Source: a virus
Lineage: Duplodnaviria > Caudoviricetes
Reading direction: 5' to 3' (one strand)
Length of the DNA stretch: 28,300 nt
IMG/VR virus record: IMGVR_UViG_3300044676_004790
Location: 1-28,300 of that record
Under the pieces are notes generated by a model, which did not search any database, had not been told where the DNA came from, and saw only the letters and a program-made list of their open reading frames with translations. Below, in pieces: positions 7,118 through 13,996 of this stretch (positions within the stretch are counted from its first letter, which is position 1; every line of letters begins with the position of its first letter). A program made the translations under genes and the position numbers.

Positions 7118-7233
7118 AATTCCTCGAAACTATCGGATTTATCGTCCTGTTCGTTTTAGCCACGCTGATGTTTTTCTACATCGTTTTTGCAGTAGTTTTA
7201 ACACTAATCGAATCACTAATCTACACACTATGA
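7114..7233 (+). CDS. 39-aa single-pass membrane peptide
   Basis: MKFLETIGFIVLFVLATLMFFYIVFAVVLTLIESLIYTL, with ATGA overlaps at both ends. Confidence 0.6.
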   Translation: MKFLETIGFIVLFVLATLMFFYIVFAVVLTLIESLIYTL

Positions 7234-7733
7234 AACCAAAAATAATCGGCCTATGCGGCCCCAAGGGCGTTGGTAAATCCACTTACGCCAAGACCATCGA
7301 AGGAGCGGTCATTTTATCCTTCGCCACTCCCATAAAAGAAATGCTGAAGGTCATACTACCTGGTCAGAAGTATTTAAATTTTAAGGAAGAACCAATCCCC
7401 CAATTCCCAGCAGAATTAAATGCCCGAAGACTTTTACAGTCTCTCGGCACAGAATGGGGGAGGGAAAAAGTCTATCCGAATGTATGGGTGGATATAGCCT
7501 ATAAAATAGCACAGCCATACATCGGTAAGAAAACTATCGTTTTTGATGACATCCGATTTCCAAACGAGGCATGGGCGATTAGAAGATGGGGGAATACCCA
7601 CGAGGTTCTTACCTCCCTAATCCATATCTCGAGGAAAGGATATGAACCGGATGAAAATGATACCCATGTGTCCGAGGCGGGACTTCCAAGCGGTATGATC
7701 GATGAATGGGTGTCGGTGGAGGATGGCAGATAA
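7230..7733 (+). CDS. Deoxynucleoside monophosphate kinase
   Basis: P-loop 'GPKGVGKST', 'SFATPIK', 'RRLLQSLGTEWGR', 'DDIRFPNE' and 'HVSE', as in the T4 gp1 family. Confidence 0.9.
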   Translation: MKPKIIGLCGPKGVGKSTYAKTIEGAVILSFATPIKEMLKVILPGQKYLNFKEEPIPQFPAELNARRLLQSLGTEWGREKVYPNVWVDIAYKIAQPYIGKKTIVFDDIRFPNEAWAIRRWGNTHEVLTSLIHISRKGYEPDENDTHVSEAGLPSGMIDEWVSVEDGR

Positions 7734-7935
7734 TACCATCCAAAAGATGGCGGTGGATGCCAAGCTCAGGAATATGCTTCAGAAAGTTCCTGACGATCAC
7801 GATGGATTCTCCCAACGAGAACTGGCGGAAAAGGCGGGGATTCACAGAAAGACTATCCAGCAGATAGAATCTCAGGCCATAGGAAAAATTACCGACTACA
7901 TCGCTAAGTTTTTAAAAGAGGAAAGTAAAGAATAA
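7723..7935 (+). CDS. HTH protein, sigma70 region-4-like
   Basis: 'FSQRELAEKAGIHRKTIQQIESQAIGKI'. ATG 7723 is preceded by GGAGG. Confidence 0.65.
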   Translation: MADNTIQKMAVDAKLRNMLQKVPDDHDGFSQRELAEKAGIHRKTIQQIESQAIGKITDYIAKFLKEESKE

Positions 7936-8789
7936 TGGCTATCCTATCCGCAGACATGGCGGGGTTCTTCGACCGGCTCCCGCAAGGTGACTTTGGCCAT
8001 CATCTCTTTATTGCCCGCCTAACCCTTCGAGTGGCAACCCATCAGTCAGACTTTGAGAAAGCACATGACTATTGCCTCGAGGTAGCCAAGGAATTTACCC
8101 GCCGACCACTCCAACCAAATGAGATCCGAAACGCATTAACCGGTGCATATCAAATCCTTTCAGGCGAGAAGATTATCAGTCCATCCAAGAAAGTATCTAT
8201 TGATACTGGTATATCATCCAAATCAAAAGGTAAGCCCGAAGACCTCGAAATGCTACAACTACGCTCCTCCGCCATTCCTTTGAATGCTGAGGAGGCGGTT
8301 TCCAAACTCTTTAAGCCCGACCAATGGATAAATATCCAGGCGGATAAATATAATACCATGATCAAGTCAGCGGGCGATTGGGGGATTTCCCAAGGGGTAG
8401 GGCAGATGGAATTTATCTCTTACAATCCATTCAAGGATATCGGTCCTCGGCAAAAGGAGAATGCTGGTGAGCGGATGTATTTAGTCCACGAGATTGACGA
8501 TCCCACTTGGACAAAGGCAGAACAGATTGGACCAGCACTTGCCCTCGAAGCCATCTGCCCCCTCAAGATGATAGTCGATTCAGGCGGTCAGAGTCTACAC
8601 TGCTGGTACGACTGGATACCTGGTAAAGCCGAGCAGTTTAAACATATGTCCATGAAGCTCGGAGCCGATCCATCGATTTATAATTCTCCCCTCGGCCTAG
8701 TCCGACTCCCTTGGGGAACGAGAAAACCGAAGACTGAGAAGGGCGAGAAGTATTCCGCCATTCAACCAATTCTGTTTTGGCGGGAATGA
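7935..8789 (+). CDS. DNA primase (AEP/RepB-like)
   Basis: 'LVHEIDD', 'VDSGGQSLHCWY' and 'LVRLPWG' match AEP motifs I-III. Upstream of the helicase. Confidence 0.78.
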   Translation: MAILSADMAGFFDRLPQGDFGHHLFIARLTLRVATHQSDFEKAHDYCLEVAKEFTRRPLQPNEIRNALTGAYQILSGEKIISPSKKVSIDTGISSKSKGKPEDLEMLQLRSSAIPLNAEEAVSKLFKPDQWINIQADKYNTMIKSAGDWGISQGVGQMEFISYNPFKDIGPRQKENAGERMYLVHEIDDPTWTKAEQIGPALALEAICPLKMIVDSGGQSLHCWYDWIPGKAEQFKHMSMKLGADPSIYNSPLGLVRLPWGTRKPKTEKGEKYSAIQPILFWRE

Positions 8790-8980
8790 TTAATACCCTA
8801 CTCAAAGCACAGATTGTTCGAAGGTTTATAAGACTGGGCATCAAGCCGGTCAAAGCGATTGAAATGGCCAAGCGGATGAACGAAGGGGATGCTATATTCA
8901 TTGTCAGAAATCACATAAATTTAAAGCCCCAAATAATTTTAACATTAATCAAAAATAACATAAAAAAAGATGAGACCTGA
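8786..8980 (+). CDS. Hypothetical basic protein
   Basis: ATGA overlap with the primase stop; 64 aa. Confidence 0.55.
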   Translation: MINTLLKAQIVRRFIRLGIKPVKAIEMAKRMNEGDAIFIVRNHINLKPQIILTLIKNNIKKDET

Positions 8981-10127
8981 AAACGACCCATATTATAAAG
9001 CACAAGTAAAAGCCATAGAACTCGAGTATATGCTCGACTCTCCCACTGTTACCAATATGCCAAACCGCTCAATAGAGACGAGGAATGACGATCCCAAGCC
9101 ATTACCCGACATTATGTCGTTCGGTCAATGCATGGAGTTCGCCACGAACCCCGCCAATGAGCTGGAAGAGATTATCGAGGGCTGTCTGCATGAAGGATGT
9201 AAGATGATTATATCAGGCTCCTCGAAAGCCGGTAAAACATGGTCCTTGATTAACTTGGCCATCGCCGCATCCAGTGGGATGCCGTGGCTGGGGATGCCGG
9301 TTAAGCAGAGTAAAGTCTTATACCTCGACTTCGAGCTGAAGAAATACTTCGGTACGGATCGGATAAAGCGAGTAGCCAAGGCCATGTTTAAGGGAGAGAT
9401 ACCTAAAAACTACTACCTGGACTATTGGCCACTTCGAGGCCATCGGACAGAATTGTTGGATCTCCTAACCAAGATCCGAGTCGAAAGGAGAAACTACGAC
9501 CTTATTATCCTCGATCCATACTATAAGCTGGCAACCGGTATAGACGAAAACGATGCCAAGGCAGTAGGCGAAATAGTCAATCTGATCGAAGATTTCTCCG
9601 AGGAAACAGGAGCCGCCATAGTCTTCGCCCACCACTTCTCCAAGGGGAATAAGTCAGAAACAGATCATATCGATAGAGCAAGTGGATCAGGTGTATTCGC
9701 AAGAGATCCCGATGCCATCCTTACCCTGACATCCCATGAGGAAGAGGAACACCTTATCCTCGAAACCACATCCCGAAACTGTCCATTCTCACCTCCAAAA
9801 GTCCTCGAATTTTCCGCTGAAACCTTCCCCCTTTTCGAGCATAAACCCGACCTCGAGGCAAAGTTCAGAAAGCCTGGTCAAACCTCCTCAATTCAAAAAA
9901 AGATTAATGAGGCTTTATGCGATAAGTTCCTCGAGCTGTTAAAGGATAAACCGATTGCCGGCAAAAACAGAGCAATTGAATTACTCCAAAAGCAAACCAA
10001 TAACGAAGTCACCAGGGAAAGATTTGATAAGATTTTGAAGATGACAAAAGACCAAATTGAGATCGAAAAGAATGGTCCAAACAATTCAAATACCTATTCT
10101 CTGAAGCTGAAGCTAAAAGCAGAATAG
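8970..10127 (+). CDS. RepA/AAA_25-type replicative helicase
   Basis: Walker A 'GSSKAGKT', 'VLYLDFE', Walker B 'IILDP', 'HHFSKG' and 'ASGSG', as in RSF1010 RepA-like SF4 helicases. Confidence 0.88.
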   Translation: MRPENDPYYKAQVKAIELEYMLDSPTVTNMPNRSIETRNDDPKPLPDIMSFGQCMEFATNPANELEEIIEGCLHEGCKMIISGSSKAGKTWSLINLAIAASSGMPWLGMPVKQSKVLYLDFELKKYFGTDRIKRVAKAMFKGEIPKNYYLDYWPLRGHRTELLDLLTKIRVERRNYDLIILDPYYKLATGIDENDAKAVGEIVNLIEDFSEETGAAIVFAHHFSKGNKSETDHIDRASGSGVFARDPDAILTLTSHEEEEHLILETTSRNCPFSPPKVLEFSAETFPLFEHKPDLEAKFRKPGQTSSIQKKINEALCDKFLELLKDKPIAGKNRAIELLQKQTNNEVTRERFDKILKMTKDQIEIEKNGPNNSNTYSLKLKLKAE

Positions 10128-10145
10128 TGCAATTAAATAGTCAGA

Positions 10146-10309
10146 AGAGTGGTAGTGTGTGCCCTTATAATATAAAACACACACTACTCTCAGTAGGTGG
10201 AAAGGCTGTTAGTAGTGGGAGGCTTGCGCTTAGCCTGTGGCCCTTGACAGGCCACACAGGCAAAGCCCATCCGCTGAAGCCGGCACACCTCCCACTACAT
10301 GGCCAGCCT
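10146..10309. other. Tandem stem-loops, candidate replication origin/primase initiation signal
   Basis: GTAGTGTGTG (10152-61)/CACACACTAC (10178-87); nested AGGCTG/CAGCCT, GTAGTGGGAGG (10212-22)/CCTCCCACTAC (10288-98) and GTGGCC/GGCCAC. Confidence 0.55.
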
Positions 10310-10452
10310 ACAAGCTCACTCGATTGGGAGAATAAAATCAATCATCAGCCTAACCGATTAACCGGCAGAACAGGTATCACTCGTTCAAGGCATCTATCTG
10401 CTAGCCTTAATATAATCGCTCAGATAATACTAGACTCGGTATCACTCAGACT

Positions 10453-10513
10453 AAATCCAATCACAGCTAGGAGGGCATTCGATGAAAATCCAATGCCGTC
10501 AAGGAGGGCATTC
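10453..10513. repeat. Imperfect 28-bp direct repeat with 33-bp period
   Basis: AAATCCAAT-N7-AGGAGGGCATTC at 10453 and 10486. Confidence 0.7.
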
Positions 10514-10612
10514 AGAGGAATGGCGGGATTGGCGGTCTTATACCCTAGCGTGGTAGATTGTATAGGTTGGAGGCTAAAAACGCTCTGAGCGTCCTCTACG
10601 GGGCTTTAAACG

Positions 10613-10798
10613 CTATTCTGATAAAACTATGTCGGGTTGCTCAGGATCAAAATCAGTTAAACCATAATGCGGATGTGATCGGATATCCATTTCATATCTG
10701 ATTTTCTGATGAGCCTCTTCAAGTTTCTTTTCGGTCTCAGTGAGATCCGAATTGTTATGTGTCTGATCGGGTTCTTTATTCCAAGGGAAATCTTCCAT
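10613..10798 (-). CDS. Hypothetical acidic protein
   Basis: 61 aa, begins 10 nt after the TerS-like stop on the same strand. Confidence 0.6.
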   Translation of the reverse strand: MEDFPWNKEPDQTHNNSDLTETEKKLEEAHQKIRYEMDIRSHPHYGLTDFDPEQPDIVLSE

Positions 10799-10807
10799 GC
10801 TTATCTC

Positions 10808-11317
10808 TTAAACATCTGTAACCTCAGCTTCAACCACTTTTTCATCCTTCAGATTGGCAAGCTCGGCTCGGATCTCATCCAGGCTGAGAGATTTCTTCAC
10901 TTCGATAGTCTGAGTAGGCTCACCTTCATACTGCCTGTGCTTGTCGATTAGGATGCCTGTGGCGATTGGTAGGACTCCGTTTGGTATTTCATCATTCTCT
11001 AGCTTCTCGATCATCTTCTCGACTGCAAGCTGTGAAGCATGGCCGATCAATCCTCTCATTACTTTCTTCGATGCATCGATCACCTCTTTCTCTCGAGACC
11101 GAACCACAGCGATAGTATTGTGGGATACTTTCAACTCTTTCTTGATCCGAGTGACCGGTATTCCATCCGTAAGCATTTGAACCAACTTTGCATAGTCACC
11201 TGGTCTCTTATCGAATAAACCTTGAGCGGTGTAGATCGCTGGACAGGTTTCCTCTACTGCAAGATTAGCTGGAAGGTTATCAGCTTCTATCGCAACTCTC
11301 TTCTTTTCAGTAGGCAT
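10808..11317 (-). CDS. Putative terminase small subunit
   Basis: N-terminal HTH (MLTDGIPVTRIKKELKVSHNTI), helical core, 'IATGILIDK...GEPTQTIEV' and an acidic tail. Adjacent and divergent to TerL. Confidence 0.6.
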   Translation of the reverse strand: MPTEKKRVAIEADNLPANLAVEETCPAIYTAQGLFDKRPGDYAKLVQMLTDGIPVTRIKKELKVSHNTIAVVRSREKEVIDASKKVMRGLIGHASQLAVEKMIEKLENDEIPNGVLPIATGILIDKHRQYEGEPTQTIEVKKSLSLDEIRAELANLKDEKVVEAEVTDV

Positions 11318-11371
11318 AAAAACTAATGCACGAATAACTTTTCAATTTTTAAATATTTATCGGTGTAAGCA

Positions 11372-11391
11372 ATTGAGAAAGTAATCTCAAT
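11372..11391. promoter_or_regulatory. Palindromic operator ATTGAGA-N6-TCTCAAT
   Basis: Perfect 7-6-7 inverted repeat upstream of the TerS-like gene. Confidence 0.5.
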
Positions 11392-11410
11392 AAGAAATCA
11401 GTCAAGGAGA

Positions 11411-11438
11411 ATTAGACATAATCATTCTTGCACGAAAT
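11411..11438 (-). other. dif-like XerC/XerD recombination site
   Basis: Reverse strand reads ATTTCGTGCAA-GAATGA-TTATGTCTAAT. The XerD arm matches 9/11 of TTATGTTAAAT. Confidence 0.55.
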
Positions 11439-11605
11439 TAGTGTAAATATTAAATAGCTGATTATTAATGCTTTATGAAAACGCAAATGGATCGTGCAGT
11501 TTGTAAAATTATATCAGTCAATCGCCAACAGGGGGGGAGGGGGGTCGGATCGGGCGGCCCGCCGGTCACCGAGACCGATTGTAGCCCATGAAAAAATTTT
11601 CACAA

Positions 11606-11647
11606 ATTGCTCCACATTGCTCCACGTATTCCTCCACATTGCTCCAC
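11606..11647. repeat. Four copies of ATTGCTCCAC (one is ATTCCTCCAC)
   Basis: Copies at 11606, 11616, 11628 and 11638. Confidence 0.9.
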
Positions 11648-11650
11648 ATA

Positions 11651-11700
11651 GTGTTAGCTCATGTTAGCATATGTTAGCTTATGCTGGAATATGCTAGGAT
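11651..11700. repeat. Five degenerate 10-bp repeats, ATGTTAGCnn-like
   Basis: GTGTTAGCTC, ATGTTAGCAT, ATGTTAGCTT, ATGCTGGAAT and ATGCTAGGAT in exact 10-bp register. Confidence 0.85.
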
Positions 11701-11793
11701 TAAATCTTAAACCCCTGATTATCAGGATGTCCGAACAAAATTTCACTAATTTTAATAAATTGCCTCACCAGGTGTACCACTCGCCAATCCATC

Positions 11794-11802
11794 TGCTACA
11801 AT
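11794..11802 (+). promoter_or_regulatory. Extended -10 promoter (TGcTACAAT) for TerL
   Basis: TGn-TACAAT ending 6 nt before ATG 11809; no SD sequence. Confidence 0.45.
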
Positions 11803-11808
11803 AAAATT

Positions 11809-13443
11809 ATGCCACTTTCATGGACACCGCATCCAGCCTTACCAGCCTTAACCTCCGATGAGATGCTGTCGATGACCCCCGAATCAATCCTCGCATACTG
11901 GGAGAAGAGGGAAGAAGCAATCAAGCTCGAAAAGGATGATCCTTATAGATATGGCTTCGAACTAGACATTTGGAAACGAGCAGATGATCAGTTAAAAAAT
12001 CACTCGGAGATTCTTCTTATGGGAGGCAACCGTAGTTCCAAGAGTCATTTTTGCGCTCGAAGAGTAGTTCAATCCCTCGTTGAAAACCCTGGTACAATTA
12101 TTTGGTGCTTAACAGAAACCTCTGCAAATTCTGTGCAATTCCAACAGAAGCTCGTTTTCGATGCTCTCCCAAAAGAGTTAAAAGGATTAGGCAGAGGTAA
12201 GGTTGGATATCTCGTTTTTTCGTTAAAAAACGGCTTTACCGCATCTAAGTTCACTCTGCCCAACGAAAGTCAGTGTATCTTCAGAAATTGGAGTCAGGAC
12301 ATCAGTACTATTGAAGGAGGAGAGATCGGATGTCCCTCTCCACCGGTAGCCGGCACTCATAATATTGGATTTTGGGCAGATGAACTTGTACCTATGTCAT
12401 GGGTCAACACCCTTAGATTTAGATGTGTAACTCGCTCCCATGCAAGTAGATGTGATGGAATTGTTAGGCCGGCAAGTGGTTTAATTTCCTTCACCGCCGT
12501 TGACGGATGGAACAGCGTAGTCAAATCGATGCTCACGGGTGCCCGCACCATAGAGTCAACGAAAGCGGACCTATTGGACGGCGAGGAAGTCCCCCTCGTT
12601 CAACAACCCATCCGCAAAGCCAGTTCAGTGGTGTATTTTCACACAGCGGCGAATCCCTTTGGCGGTTGGGCGGCGATGAAGAATCAGTTAGAGGGAGAGA
12701 AGCGGGAAACGATACTTTGTCGGGCATACGGAGTCCCTGTGCGCCAGTCTAGAGCCGTGTTCAAAAATTTGACGGACCGCAACTATGTACAGGCTGAAAA
12801 TCTCCCCGATTTCTCCGAAGCAAACTGGGTATTATCCATCGACCCAGCGGGAGCAAAACCTTGGACAATGGTCCTCTTTGCAATCGATCCTCACGGGGTA
12901 GCCTGGGCAGTTAAGGAGTTCCCTGACTTCGACACCTGGGGAGGGTGGATTGACTTAACTAAGGACAAGCTGTCCGCTGGCGAGGCCGCCCAACCAAACG
13001 GGTACGGATTAAAGGATTATGCCGATGAAATCAGACGAATGGAGAAGATATGCGGGGATAAGGAGGTCATCCGCATAATCGACCCTCGTTTAGGAGCGGC
13101 GAGTTATCAGAAAGCGGAAGGCAGTTCCAACATTATAGATGATTTATCGGATGAAGATATTATCGTTCAGCCGGCGGAAGCCTTAGACATCGAGACAGGA
13201 CTTCAGGCAATCAATAATTTACTCGCATGGGACCGCGATAAACCGATGGATTTGGATAATAAGCCCAAATTGATGTTTTCGGATGAATGTCAAAATCTCA
13301 TAAGTTGTCTTCAGGCTTACACTCCCGGAAACTTGAAGGATTTTTCAAAAGATTTTGTTGATGTCTGTAGATATTTTTGCATCGGCAATTTTGAATATTT
13401 TCACGAGGAGGAATTAATTTCAAGCGGTGGAGGATCGTATTAA
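11809..13443 (+). CDS. terL: Terminase large subunit
   Basis: Walker A-like 'MGGNRSSKS', Walker B 'FWADE', coupling 'FTAVDG', nuclease 'SIDPAG' and 'DFVDVCRY'. Confidence 0.92.
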   Translation: MPLSWTPHPALPALTSDEMLSMTPESILAYWEKREEAIKLEKDDPYRYGFELDIWKRADDQLKNHSEILLMGGNRSSKSHFCARRVVQSLVENPGTIIWCLTETSANSVQFQQKLVFDALPKELKGLGRGKVGYLVFSLKNGFTASKFTLPNESQCIFRNWSQDISTIEGGEIGCPSPPVAGTHNIGFWADELVPMSWVNTLRFRCVTRSHASRCDGIVRPASGLISFTAVDGWNSVVKSMLTGARTIESTKADLLDGEEVPLVQQPIRKASSVVYFHTAANPFGGWAAMKNQLEGEKRETILCRAYGVPVRQSRAVFKNLTDRNYVQAENLPDFSEANWVLSIDPAGAKPWTMVLFAIDPHGVAWAVKEFPDFDTWGGWIDLTKDKLSAGEAAQPNGYGLKDYADEIRRMEKICGDKEVIRIIDPRLGAASYQKAEGSSNIIDDLSDEDIIVQPAEALDIETGLQAINNLLAWDRDKPMDLDNKPKLMFSDECQNLISCLQAYTPGNLKDFSKDFVDVCRYFCIGNFEYFHEEELISSGGGSY

Positions 13444-13785
13444 ATGGCAACAAATCGAAAGTGGAGCGAGGAACAGCGTGAGGAAGTGGTTGAGCTTCGT
13501 AAAAGCGGGATAAGCTGGGCGAAGATAACTAAGCAGACGGGCATCCCAAAGGGGACTTGCATTGGATTTTGGAAGGAATCTGCAAAGGATGAGGATTTAC
13601 CGGCTAAATCGGAGACAGTTATGGCGAGGGTGCTTAAACTGGTTCCCAATCCTCGCTTAATGCTTATTTACTTTGATGATCGGGAAGGGGTTGCTCGATG
13701 CGTTAAGCGGCCACAGGACAACCGCCCGCCGAAGAGTCAGGTTTTAGTTAAAAAGGTCGAGGATGATCTGTATCGAATCGTATGA
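13444..13785 (+). CDS. HTH DNA-binding protein
   Basis: 'WSEEQREEVVELRKSGISWAKITKQTGIPKGT' is a homeodomain-like HTH. Confidence 0.7.
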   Translation: MATNRKWSEEQREEVVELRKSGISWAKITKQTGIPKGTCIGFWKESAKDEDLPAKSETVMARVLKLVPNPRLMLIYFDDREGVARCVKRPQDNRPPKSQVLVKKVEDDLYRIV

Positions 13786-13996
13786 GCAGACGGAAAAGAG
13801 GATCGATTCGATGCTCAGAGAGATGGTCATTGAGGAGGGCTTGGCGGCAATGGATTCGGGAAGAGACCCGAAAGCGTACACGCTCAAGGAGATTAGCGAA
13901 TTTATCGGAGTGCCAATAGTGGCGGTTCACAGGGTGGAAAAAGAGGCACTGAAAAAACTTAAAAAAATAATGTTACAATGGAAAATCAATGAGTGA
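13763..13996 (+). CDS. Sigma70 region-4-like HTH protein
   Basis: 'YTLKEISEFIGVPIVAVHRVEKEALKKLK' follows the region 4.2 pattern (TLEEVG..F.VTRERIRQIE.KAL.KL). Confidence 0.7.
   Translation: MICIESYEQTEKRIDSMLREMVIEEGLAAMDSGRDPKAYTLKEISEFIGVPIVAVHRVEKEALKKLKKIMLQWKINE

Noticed and set aside
10127-10588. 153-aa ORF after the helicase
   Set aside because: GTG start, atypical composition and no motif; it overlies hairpins and repeats that are better explained as cis-elements. Not fully excluded.
11606-11700. Possible mini CRISPR array
   Set aside because: Units are 10 bp and contiguous, with no unique spacers. The Cas4-like nuclease at 2011 is a typical phage exonuclease.
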